Assembly: GCF_036321535.1 (NCBI RefSeq)
Contig: NC_087436.1
Coordinates: forward strand, 109,494,001 to 109,558,000
Direction of reading: 5' to 3'
DNA: 64,000 nt
Origin: Camelus dromedarius
Lineage: Eukaryota
Shown: one piece after another, positions 1 through 12,017 of the stretch
Layout of the letters: each line of letters begins with the position of its first letter
Position numbering within the stretch: position 1 is the first letter of the stretch
Notes under the pieces: generated by a model
What the model saw: only the letters and a program-made list of their open reading frames with translations
The model's database searches: none
Told to the model about the DNA's origin: nothing
Made by a program: the position numbers and the translations under genes

Positions 1-291
1 TGATATTGTTCTGAGGATATTTAGAGACTGTGTCTAGAAAATTGAATTTGGGAACCTGTTTATTCTTTTATGAGTTTCATGCCTAACCATTTTACACATC
101 CCACATGCTTTTATTCCCCCCCCCCCTTTTGTCTGCCTGATTTGATTTAATGCCAGATGCTAATTGACATTAAGTTTGTTTGGGGGGAAAGTCAATGTCC
201 ATAAAGAATCAGGAGTTTAATATCACACAATAGCATTTTTACTTACTGTAATAAATATGAACATTTCCTAGCAAATATTTAAACCTCCTAT

Positions 292-1553
292 TGTGTGGTT
301 GATTTGATTTTAAAAAAATCATGAGAACTTGCAACTCCTCCCATCAAAAGTTGGAAACTATTTTTCCATCTTTTGAATCTGGGTTGGTTCATGTGACTTA
401 CTTTAGCTAATATGACATTGACATTACCAAATGTGGATATGGTTTTTGTGAAATCATAGGAAACCTACAGAATTTTAAAGAAAGTAGTTAACAATCTGCT
501 TGTACTAAAAGTGGAAGAATTAATTCAAATTAGAAAATGTTTCTTGGTCCTCAACTTGCCAGAGATAAAAAGCAGGTTGAGCAAAATACTTGGGTATTTC
601 TTTTCTAAAAAGCAGAATGACTCTGAGGGCAGAACTGAAAACTGTGGAGAAAAGTAGAGCTGAGAATTCGTTTCAGGGAGCCTGTTCTATTCAAGAAACA
701 CTTTGTCTCCAAGAAACAGAGTAATGTGACTAGATGGCACATCCCACAGATAAATTTCACAACTGTTATGGACCAGTGTTTTCTATTTCTTCTTTTTTTT
801 GAAATAGGCTTACCTAATGTGGCTGTTCTGTTCATGTGCAGAATAAGGGCGAGTGACTTATCTTTTTAATTTACATGCCACCGAATCAATAGGAGATGAA
901 TCTTAGGAACTATATCCATTTTAGACCAGATCCAGATTATTAAATACTAGATTTTAAGCCTGATGCTGAAATTTGTCAAGACATTTTTGGAGTCTTTGGG
1001 GAGGATGTGTTACTTTGCAGATGGGAAGAATGCAAATAGCTGTGGTCGTAGACTGAACTGTGGCAACTGAAAAATAAAAAGGCCATAATATTTCTCAGCT
1101 CCTCTTATCAAGAGATGGAATCTATTTTTCCACTCTTTGTGATTTACATAAGCCAATGGGAATATTGGCAAGTCTTATGTAAACAGAGGCTTAAAATTGT
1201 CTGTGCACTGGGGCTTTCTTTGCTTTGATAAAAAAGGAAAGTCTGTGGTCAGTCTGCAGGAGGATGACAGACATGTGGTCCAGTCATCCCTTATTTCTCC
1301 AGGAAAAAAATCTGAGCCTGTGAGTAAGGGCCTCTGAGATCAGCAAGAAAAATTTCACAACTGTTGAAACTTACTTGCCAGTTGAGAACTGACAACAAAT
1401 GAATAACCGAGTCTAATTGGCAACAGAGATGAGATGTCCCCCTTGAGCCCTGACCAGACTGTTGACCCACAGCATCTTCAGCACATAAATAGCTGTTGTT
1501 TTAAGGCATAAATGTTTTAGACTATTTTTATGTGGGAACAGATAGCTGATAAA
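292..1553 (+). mobile_element. Deleted MaLR provirus remnant (MLT1-type partial 5' LTR, internal fragment, 3' LTR)
   Basis: Diverged direct repeat CTCCTCCCATCAAAAGTTGGAAACTATTTTTCCATCTTTTG (335-376) vs CTCCTCTTATCAAGAGATGGAATCTATTTTTCCACTCTTTG (1099-1139). The 3' LTR starts TGTGG at 1059 and has an MLT1-like end GTTGTTTTAAG...ATAGCTGATAAA. Confidence 0.7.
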
Positions 1554-1744
1554 TTGATAAATGAAAGCCCACTTACAGAACAAATGTTTATCACGTATCT
1601 ATCATATGCTGTTTTCTACCTTTGGTATATAAAATTTTTTATACAATAAGATTAAAAAATTTGATGCTAAGAATTTAACTTATAAAATTATAAGGCTTAA
1701 CTTATAAGTAAGTGATTTATATATTTTAGTGTACTGAATGTCTA

Positions 1745-2292
1745 GCTGCTTGCATAATATTCCTATTTTCTTTTTCTGGTAAGAATATACTAATTTTCAC
1801 TTGGAAAGAACCTAGTTGCCCAGTGTCATTCCACATGTTTTGTTAGAGCTGATTTTACCCTCTTCTTCAAAATAGAAATATCACCAAATCAGATTGTGTT
1901 ACCCATGCTCAGAATACGATTCAGGAATAAATGCATGACCTTATTTTCATTAATTCAAATTCAAACTATTTTCTGTGAGCCTCAGTTCTGGGACTTTTGT
2001 TGGAAAAGAGGAACTTGCCCCTTCTTGAGTAACTAAGAAGATGGAATTGTTTGCTGTCACCTTGCTCCCAACTTGGGAGATACTGATTTAGAACAGACTC
2101 AAGAGAGAAGAAGAAAACTGAAGTGGAAAGAATAAAACTGAGTCCTGATAGCAATATCTGAGATCTTAAATTGAGCTTTGCTTGAAGCCTAATCTACCCC
2201 TGAAGTTTTTAGTTTTGTGATCCAACAAATTCCTTGAAGTCAAATTAAGTTGGGTTTCCAAAATTTGCAAACAAAATATTTCTGACTAATAA
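1745..2292 (+). mobile_element. Old MaLR LTR (MLT1J/K-like)
   Basis: MLT1-like 3' end ...AAATTCCTT...AAGTTGGGTTTCC...TTTGCAAACAAAATATTTCTGACTAATA; recognised from memory. Confidence 0.5.
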
Positions 2293-3216
2293 TATAGCTT
2301 AGCATAAGAGTATGGGTTGTCCCTTAGGTTTGACAGAACTTCCTATCCAAAACAATCTCTCCTCCGTACTTTATTTTATTCATTTGATTTGATTTAACAT
2401 ATTAATAGACCATTGCAAGCCCTTTCCAGATGTATAGGGACCAACTTCCCTCCACAGTATTCATGTACACAGCTTTTAGCAATTCCACTCCAAAGCTTGT
2501 TTGCATAAGATTTAACAATGAGGAGCGCTGTCTTCTTAATTGAAGACTAGCCTTTTGACAATCTGTATCTACATATATTACCCACATAATAAAATAATTT
2601 ATATATCTTTGGACTATCACATAAAGGAAAAATGAATTTTGATTTTCTTTAACTGTATTTTAGTCTTTCTTGGTCCAGCAGCTTAGGATTTACCATAACT
2701 GATCCTGAATCTTTTGAATCTAGCAACTTATTAAATATAACATTATTCTACCAAATGAATTTAATGTTGGAAACAGAAATCTCTCTAGGTATATCAAGCA
2801 GAATGGAATTAGTACTAGAAAATTGTTGAAAGGCTAGAGGAATAAACGTTGGGGAACCACACTGGTCCTCAGGCTTAGGGTCACATCACTGTAGCTGTGA
2901 TCCAGGGCTTAGGAAAGGTTGTTGCTGCTGCTAGAACCACTGCTGATATCACCATGCATCAGTTACTAGACACGGGAAAGTTGAATACAGCAACTGAAAA
3001 TCCCATGTCTGTTATATCTTATTTGAAGGAAGACTTTTCCTCACTTCTGTCTTTCAAAAACACTGTGGATGCAACTCATTAATGGAATCTCCATTGTATC
3101 TAAGTGCTAAAGTATAAGATCTTCTGGAAAATGCAGTTTTTAAATCTAACTCTCATGACAGAAGTGGAGAACACAGAAGATAGGAATGGATAAATTTAGT
3201 TAAAGTAATTGCTCTT

Positions 3217-3252
3217 TGCATCAGTCAGGATTCTCCAGAAAAACTATCTATC

Positions 3253-3305
<53 letters not shown>

Positions 3306-3641
3306 CCTATCTATAAAAGAGAGAGGGAGAGAGATTAATTTATTATGAAGAATTGGCTCCTGTGATTAGGGAAGGATAATTAGCCCAAACTCTGCAGTGT
3401 GGGCTAGCAGACTAGAGACCCAGAAGAGTCAGTGGTACAGATGAAGTCTAAAAACATCCTGCTGGAAAATTCTCTCTTGTTCAGGGAGGCTAGTCTTTTG
3501 GTTCTATTCAAGCCTTCAACTGATTGGATGAGGCCTACCTGCAATATGGAGGACAATCTGCTCTACCTAAAGTTCACTAATTTAAATATTAATTTCATCC
3601 AAACGTACCTTCCATGTTGACACATAAAATTAACCATCACA
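3217..3641 (-). mobile_element. ERVL LTR, MLT2-like
   Basis: TG...CA termini. The right end GTTGACACATAAAATTAACCATCACA is the reverse complement of the MLT2 start. TTCAACTGATTGGATGAGGCC motif present. Confidence 0.85.
3244..3313. repeat. (TATC)n tetranucleotide microsatellite inside the MLT2 LTR
   Basis: Read directly. Confidence 0.97.
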
Positions 3642-3729
3642 TTCTCTAACCTTAGGAAAGATGGTGGTTCTTTTCATAATTGAAGGTGCTGACTTATAAT
3701 ACGGAGCTATATTCATTAGACAGCCTGGA

Positions 3730-3980
3730 TCTGTGCTAACCAATACAGTAGCCACCAGCTACATGTAGCTGTTGACCAATGGAAACGTGGCTGGTCTGAA
3801 TTGAGATGTGATTTTTGAAGACTAGTACAAATAATACAAAACATCTCAATAATTTGCGTATTGATTATATGTTACACATATTGAGTTAGATAAAATATTA
3901 AAATTCGTCTCACCTGATTCTTTTACTTTTTGAACATGACTACTAAATGGCTTACATTGTATCTCTGTTGTACAATGCTG
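3730..3980. mobile_element. hAT-Charlie MITE, MER3/MER33-like
   Basis: CTGTGCTAACCAATACAGTAGCCACCAGCTACATGTAGCT at the left and TTGTACAATGCTG at the right (degenerate terminal inverted repeats). Confidence 0.75.
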
Positions 3981-3989
3981 GGTTAATCT

Positions 3990-5870
3990 ATGTTGCTGTC
4001 ATCAAATAAATAAAAAGGATACAAAAACAACAAAAGACCCTGAACTCCAGTAGATTAATACAGTGACATTTGGCTTTGAGCTCATGTGAAAACTGTGGTA
4101 GACCCTGCTGACATCATGATGATTTTCTTACAGCAGCTTCTTCCATATGGTGACTGCTTCAGTCCTACAGCTCCCCCCCAGTCAAGTGAGGCTTTCTCAG
4201 TCTCACTGTAGGTAATACTGTATCCTCTTACTTTAGCAAATTAGCTGCTTTATCACAGAAGTGAAATAAATACATTCCTTATATGAGCAGATCAAGTCAT
4301 ATGATCTCGCTAACTGCAATAGGCCTGGATGATGTAGGAAAGCTCATAAAGTACTTGGTGAGCAATATTGGTTTTTTTTTTTTTTTTTTTTTCGGCTGGA
4401 GTCTTCCCTAGGGATCTATAAACTAACAAAGTGTGTTACCCCACCACACAGTCAGTATTCATAGTACATCAGTGGAGCGAGGACAGGATAGCACCAAAAA
4501 GCATTCACATTCAGAAAGAAGAATGGAAGACACCAATAATCACTGATCCACAGCAATTCTACTGCACTAGAAAGACATTGATCAGAACCCTGCAGTGGTA
4601 AGATGGAGCCTTCTTTGATTAGTTCCTGACTCTGCAGTCTGGGAGGAGTTCCCAAATCCATTGTTCTCTGTGTCATCTGGCTCCACTTTCTAGCCAGTCT
4701 TCCTTTCTGTTCTCTTCCTCAGTCCCCTCTGGAGTGGATCATGGGGAAAAGACTTCCCTAGGGGCTTTGCATCTTTCTCTTTACTGTTGGTGAAAGTTTG
4801 GTTGTCAGGTCTAATGATAAGATCTGACTAAACATGAACTATTCAGTCTATGCTTATGGTTTCACTGGTACAACTTCCTAAAAGTCTTAGTAGGTTTCTT
4901 GTCTATTTGATTTTGGTCGGCTCCGTGGACCAGTATCAGGGACACAGTTCATTGGAGACTTAGGTATATTTCTTCATTTCACCAGTTGTAAACGCCTTTC
5001 TTTTCATTTACCATCGACCGTTTGGGGATTGTAGAGCTTCCGTGACAAGGCCTCACTCTGCATCTAATTTTTTCATTGAGTAAATTTATGTAAATGAAAG
5101 GCACCATGCCTTTAGTCCAATCTTTGCCCTGAGAACACTTAATCACATGAGCATTTTCTTGGACACTTTTGACTATCATAATCTTTGCTCTTACATTTAC
5201 TATTTAGGGGTAATAAGCAAATACCTTTTCCAATCCTACAAGGTTTTGAATTTCTGAACTTGTATCTTTTCCTTTTAAATTCTGCTCACAAATTGGTCAG
5301 TTCTTTCCTGAGTTTAATTTTTTTTAATAATAACTTGTCAATAGCAATCAATGTATACTATCGGTGTCCTATTTTCCAATCTCTTCATATAGATCCACAA
5401 ATACATTGTACAATAGTTTTGCCAGTTATTTTGTCACTGCCATAAAATGGATCAATATCTTGCTAAACTTTGGTATCAATTTCCTCACCTTCTGCCATGC
5501 AACTGCTGAGTCTTTACCATAGCAGCATTCTAGTTCTGCAGCAACAAAGAAATCCCAAGTTCCAGTACTTAAAATCAAAATTGTTTGCTTCTCACCCATG
5601 TTAAGTCTGTTTCAGGTCCAAAGACTCTCTGATCTACTGTCCTTCATGGAGGAATTCAGTACCACACTAAAGCAGAGAGAACAAAACACCCGGAGTTCTT
5701 ATGCTGGCAACTAAATATGTGACTTGGAAGTGACACAACTTACTTCAGTCCATACACCTCATCTGCCAGGGGCTATTGGCCAGAACTAAGCCCCGATCTA
5801 CAGCAAGGATGCTGGGAAGCACAGGGGAGCCCAAGGAATATTTGGGGGACCTACATCATACCAATACATC
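3990..5870 (-). mobile_element. MaLR provirus remnant (MLT1I/J-like LTR, MLT-int, LTR)
   Basis: Two similar LTR-like segments (~3990-4370, ~5520-5870) flank MLT-int-like sequence (GGACAGGATAGCACCAAAAAGCATTCACATTCAGAAAG at ~4480). Confidence 0.6.
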
Positions 5871-6149
5871 TGTTCATTGAGTGATTCCAATTCCAGTTTC
5901 TTTAAGGAAATAACAGACCTGTACGCAGAGATGCCTAGGGGTGCTATTCATTACATGGTGATTTGTAGTGGTCAAATTAAACAGACACTAACTGCAAACA
6001 ACACAACTGTCCAGCCAAACACAAAAATCACAAGTAAACGATATTTTGATACACTTTTTTCCCCAGAGTGCTGTGCATTCAATAAAATCGCATTTATAAA
6101 GAATGACGGGAGAAATGCTCGTTACACGTGTGCTCGATTGGCAGTCAGT

Positions 6150-6310
6150 AATAATGGCTGGCAAGCAGTGAGTGCATAGTGTGCTCCTGGCAGTGTTCTG
6201 AGAACTTTACATATTTTGACTCATTTAAGCTTAAAAAAAAAAAAACTATTTTATACAAGAGAAAACAGAGGCACAGAGAGGTAAAATGAGCTGAGAAATC
6301 ATTTGCTAAG
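6150..6310 (-). mobile_element. MIR SINE fragment
   Basis: ATTTTATACAAGAGAAAACAGAGGCACAGAGAGGTAAAATGA resembles the MIR core. Confidence 0.75.
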
Positions 6311-6959
6311 AATATAAATGAATAAAGATATAAATAATGGTGAGCTGAGAAACAACAGGCAACTTCCTGCACTTAGGGGTATAAGACATAGGGCCATTAG
6401 GATTGAGGGATGATATTAGTTACAGAGATTCTGAAGTTACATAAACTAATGTTATGTGTCTACCTAGGGTTGCCTTCAGGGTTCTCTTTTCTCCTCCATC
6501 TTCTTCTTTTTTATAAAAAAAATAGAAATAGCCTCCTATGCTAAATTAATGGATTCATTCTTTATCATGAAAATAAAGATGATTAATTTTTGTATTATGC
6601 TATTAAGTGTAAATAAATGTTTGAGACAAATAAGAAAGATTATAAAATCAGTATTTTAAAAACATATTGTCTCTGTATTATTAATCAAAATTAACGGCAG
6701 TTTCTATAATTACTGCCCAAATATACTGAATTTCCCGCAAACAAAAATAATTGTATTATTTTTTCAAATATTCGTATTGGGGAGTGTGCGTGTTGAATCA
6801 TGATTAAAATGGAGAGAGGCTCTTTAGAGGAGCTTTTAACATACATTTATTTGACAAAGAAAGTTTTTTTTTTAATTTTTAAGGACACAGCACATTATGA
6901 GTCACCTGGGCACTGGGCACATGTGCATGTTTTTACAAAGTATCAGAGGGTTTATTCTC

Positions 6960-7545
6960 AGAGATAATTTAACAGTGAAGGAATGTTTTGGTTTCAAGTA
7001 AAAACAAACACATTCAATTTGTCTCGAAACAAAGGAAGTTTAAAGATCTCATGTGATTGGAAGAAAATGTAGAAGCAGCAGGAATTGTAGAGTGGGTTTG
7101 GTTCTTGCCTGGATTAGTAAGGATCCTTTCCCCCTTTTTTCCTGCTTTCTACTGTCAGCGTTATTGTAGACATGTACCCCCGTGGGATCCCAAGACGTGA
7201 CATGCCTCCTTATGCTACTTCCTTCCTCGTTTGCTCTGCAGACGAGAAGAGTACTTTCTAAGAGATCATCCAGAAAATGGAGGGAACTTCTTTCCTAGAA
7301 GCTCCAAGCAATTGTCTTCTTCTGTTTATTTCCCTGAATTAGGTCACTTGCATGCTCCTGAATAAATCCTTATGCTGATTGGCTCATCTCTGAGATGTTT
7401 GCCAGGGTAAGAGGGATAGGATTGTTATGATTGGCTTAGGCTCTTCAGGTCCCGCCCCTGGAGTTGAAATGAATACTTCAAGCCGCAGGAATGCAGCAAC
7501 AAGGTGGGCAGAGTGGAACTGACGTGATGCAGCCAATCACAGCGT
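6960..7545 (-). mobile_element. Old MaLR LTR (MLT1K/L-like)
   Basis: TTGGTTTCAAGTAAAAACAAAC start and repeated GATTGGCT motifs typical of these LTRs; recognised from memory. Confidence 0.5.
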
Positions 7546-8856
7546 CAGCTAGAAACAGGCTCTAGTAATAGCCCTAAGCCCGAAAGGCTCTTCATGACCG
7601 ACCATCCTCTAATATCCAAAATCCATACATAATTAATTGGTAGCCTGTGAAAAAGCTATGCTGTCTTCACCTGAAGGCTCTGGGTGAACTTAAGGAACCT
7701 GCTTAACATCTTCAAAACCTACCCTGGACTTTTCCTAGAAACTGGAGTCTGTTTCCCAGGGATAGGGATTCCTTAGTGCTCCGAGGTAAGCTCCAAAATC
7801 ATGCCTTAATATGATGTGCGACATAGGACTGTCTTCTGTCTTTTCAGACTGGGAGGAAGTTTGAGGGGTCTAGGCTGGAAATGAACTCCCTTCTCTGATA
7901 GTAGTTTTGGTGCCCTGAGAAGCAGAACAAATGCTGAAGAGGTAAGGAAAGAAACAGATGGAGATGCCAAATATGTCATTTACCAACTTCACATTCCCCA
8001 CCCCCAAGGTTGGCTCACGGCCATGTTTATAGAGAATGAACAGTAATTGATGCTAACCATGGTTCCCTCATGTGACATGGTCTCTGGGTTGGATTATGTC
8101 TCTTGAGTATTTAATCATTTAAGTAATGGTCACAATCTAATTCATAAACACTCTTTCAAGATGAATTTAATTCCTCTGTAGCCTTCAAATGATAAGACAG
8201 AGAATGGTATGGGGGTGGGGGAAAGGAAGAAGTGTTTCTTAAAGTGCTCTTCTGCAAAGGAAATGAAATAAATGACATCCATATGCTTCCAGATTGGTGT
8301 GGATTTTTAAGTCAGAATGCACAGGCCTAGGAAATTGGGTGAGATACCTGTAGTTTCCTCCACTTACTTCCACTCTCAGGAGAGTATTTGGATTGTGGCT
8401 ACACCCTAGATTATTTCTGGGTCTTCTGTCTTTTGAAGCACCCTGCCTTGTGGATGCTAACCTGCTGAAAACTGGCACCCAGGTAATTGAGAGCTAGTTA
8501 AGGAAACCCCAAGGAATTTTCTGTTATGATCAATGCAGGAGAGTTTGATTTCTACATCCAAGAAATGAACATTTTGGCAGCATCACAGAAATTCTCGTCA
8601 CTGTACAAAAATACTGCCCTGTGGACCTGAGTGTCCAGTGATTATTCAGAATCATCAAAATGGCTACAAGAGGGAGGCTGGAAAACAATGTGCTAAATGC
8701 TTTGTTCAGAATGCAACCCACTCATTGCCCTTGGAATTGTTACCCAAAAGCTGGTTTTAATCCTTCAAAGAAGAAAAAAAATATGTAGACTACAATAATT
8801 GCTTATGTGTCTAAAGCATAGTCAAAAATTGGAAAACAAAAATGCCTCAGATAAAG

Positions 8857-9240
8857 TGAAGAGTCAGGGTAAGTTAAGTTGTTCTGCAGTATCCAACAGC
8901 CACCTCATCGCAGTGCCTGGAAACAACCCAAGCTTATTTCTCATCCCTTCTCTGTGACCACCGCAGGCCAGGCTGGCAGCTCTCCTTACACCATCCTCAC
9001 TCAGGAGCTCAGGATGCAGGAGCCTCCATTTTTATGATGCACATCTTCCAAAGCAGACAGAATTAAATGTGGTAAATTGAAAATTGACTCTTAAAACTTC
9101 AGCCTAGGAATGACAGACATTACTTCCGCTTATACGTTTTTAGCCAAGACAGGTCACGTGTCTGCCTCTGTTTTTCAAGGATGCTGAAAAATACATCCCT
9201 CTCATATTTCCATAAGGAGAACTTGACCCTTAGGGAACAC
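8857..9240 (-). mobile_element. MaLR LTR (MLT1I/J-like)
   Basis: AGTCAGGGTAAGTTAAGTTGTTCTGCAGTATCCAACA...CTTATTTCTCA, then GCCAAGACAGGTCACGTG. Confidence 0.6.
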
Positions 9241-9390
9241 TACTGACCAGCCTTCTAAGCAAAATAGATGCTTCTTACTACAAATACAGAAACACACTGC
9301 TAGACTCCTGCTGGAAATCTTTATGTCCTAGGATTTCCTAACTCATACTATCTCAGAGAATATTTTAGAGAGGAGAAGTGTTTTACAGCA

Positions 9391-9786
9391 TGTATTAGTT
9401 GGCTAGGGTTACCATGACGAAGTGCCACCCACAGGGTGGCTTAAACAATAAAGACTGATTTCCTTACAGTTCTAGAGGATATAAGTCCAAAATGAGGCTG
9501 GTTAGCAGTGTTCCCGCCCCTGGGACCTCTCTCCTTGGCTTGTAGATGGCCACCTTCTCCCTGTCTTCACATGGTCCTCCCTCTGTACATGTCTGGATCC
9601 TGACCTCCTCTACTCTTAGGGACATAAGTCATACTGGATTGAGGTCTATTCTGATGACCTCATTTTAATTTAATTACCTATTTAAAGGTTATATATCCAA
9701 ATATAGTCACATTCTGAAGAAATGGGGTTAGGACCTAAGTCTCCCATGGATATAAATTTTGGGGGTACACAAATGAGTCCATAACA
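9391..9786 (-). mobile_element. Solo MaLR LTR, MLT1B-like, with 5-bp TSD
   Basis: TGTATTAGTT...CCATAACA termini, perfect CAGCA duplication at 9386-9390 and 9787-9791, and clear similarity to 40357-40738. Confidence 0.92.
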
Positions 9787-11831
9787 CAGCATAACAGTAA
9801 AACTTAAAACTAAGCAAGAAGAGTAAAGGGAATAAAATCAAAGCTTAAGGAAATCAGGGAAGAATGGATTTACTCTGTGTGTGTGTGTCTGTGTATGTGT
9901 CTGTGTTTAGCGACACATGCCAAAAGACTCTTGGAAAATTCTGTCCTAACAATCAGATGTTGGCAATGTCAGAAATCTTTCTTCAGTTGGGGAAAAAGAT
10001 GACTGGAAGACTATGGTCTATTCCCAAGAGACAATCACAATAACTAATACTAAAGGGAGAGAATGTATAGCAGACAAATTTACTGCTCACTGTACATCCC
10101 TGTGCTCCCCCAACATTTTCCAACCAATTTTCTAGGAGAGAAACTTGTTATCACCAACAAGCTGAGGGAGCAAGGGAGATATCCAGGAAAATGTTTCAGG
10201 CACAGGAAATAGCAGATTCAATGCCCTCAGAAGGGGCTAATATAAATGTCATATGCTTGTTACTTTGGGAAACTTAAAAATTAAGAACATTTGACTCTTA
10301 TTCACCCACGTGTAGCATCCCCAAATTCCTCACAGATACTGAATTTAAGAATGTGAAATTGCAATTTTCAGGAATTTGCAGGAATTCTTAAAATCATGTT
10401 ATTTTTGATTTCTCATAGCACTCTATATGATATTTAGTAATAATGAGTTACCATAAAAGTAAACAGTGAATCCTTTTTTCCTGCAATAGAGTCACATTGA
10501 GTTTCATGAGTTTGCTGTAAAATAAAATTGATGTTAAGTGCATAGTTTATTATCATTGTTAACCATATATTGTGACAAGATTTTATATTTTGAAAATACA
10601 TACAAATGAGCTCAACTTGTTATACATATTGCATAACAAAAATGGTAAAGAAAGGAGAACTAACACAAAAATAAATTTTGAGTATAATAATTTATATTAG
10701 AAAGGCAACATAAAATATTTAGCATTTATAAATCATTCTTAAAATGAAATTTTAAAACAACCAAATATATTCATTGCCCTATTAATAGTCAATAGAATTG
10801 ATCTTTGTTTTGTGACAAATATTCCAGATGTAGAAAAATTTATTTTATTTTGAATGAGTATTGGTCATATTTTTAAAAGCAAATTCATAAACATCTTCAG
10901 ATCAGTACATAGGGCTTCATTTGATGAGCTCACGTCAATTTTTGGCCATGAAAAGCTTTTGTTTGCTGACGCTGATTTTTATTTGCTGTTGAAATTAATA
11001 TTGCTTTGCAATGTTAAAACTGGTTTTAGAGCAGATTCTGATTTTATGTTTTATGTTCTACAACACATTCACATCTTCTACTCTTGCATTAATACTTAAA
11101 GTGTTTACAAGGAACTGCATTCTATAGCTAGTTTCCCAACACTGAAGATGACAGCAAACATTAACAGGCAGTATTTGAATAACATAATATTCAGATTTCC
11201 AATCAAGGTTGATAGTACTATACAGAATCATACAATTGAAATTGTCAATAAAAAATGTAATTTGCTTCCTAAATGCATTATTTCTTGAAACAACACTCAT
11301 AATATTTGTATAAGGTAAACAATACATATAGACTTACTATTATTTCTATTTCAAGAATGGCTCACCATTAGCAATGGACCAGCCCATGAACATAAACTTA
11401 TAACAAGGCAACAGCTAAAAATAATATGGACCTTCTGCTGCTCTGTCCTGTTTTCTGGAAATGTTGACCTCAGTCTTTGACCCAGCATGTCAGTGTCTCC
11501 GGCTTTGTTTTCAAGTCAGTGCTATCTTTTGGACCAGTACCATTTCTATGTTGTTAGTTAAGCTTTAATTCTCTTCAGGGCATTATCATATTTTTTATGT
11601 TTTCTTGGTTTCTTGATAGATATTTCATGAAATTCAGAATTTGGGGCATATACATTTCCTAATAAAGATGGGAAAGAAAGCCCTCTGTGGAAACGTTATC
11701 CAAATGAGAAAAGGGAACTTGTACCTAATTATGAGCACTGCCCACAGTCTCAAGTGTTAGTGAAGGAGGTGAGTTATCTAACACGAATGAAAGAAATGAT
11801 AACGTTGGATACATGAGACTTTAAATTAGAT

Positions 11832-12017
11832 CTGTGGTTTTCAAGTAGGGTTCCCATATCAGTGATGTTAGCATCACCTTGGAACTTGTTAAGTATGCAA
11901 ATTCTTGGACTCCTGCACAGACTTATGGAAGTAGAAACTATGAGAATTGACCCCAGAGTAAGGATTTTAAAAATACCTACAGGTGATTCTGATAAACAAA
12001 AAGTTTGAGGACAACTT
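11832..12017. mobile_element. hAT-Charlie MITE, MER5A-like
   Basis: GTGGTTTTCAAG...AGCATCACCTTGGAACTTGTTAAGTATGCAAATTCTTGG...CAGGTGATTCTGAT...AAAGTTTGAGGACAACT. Confidence 0.85.
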
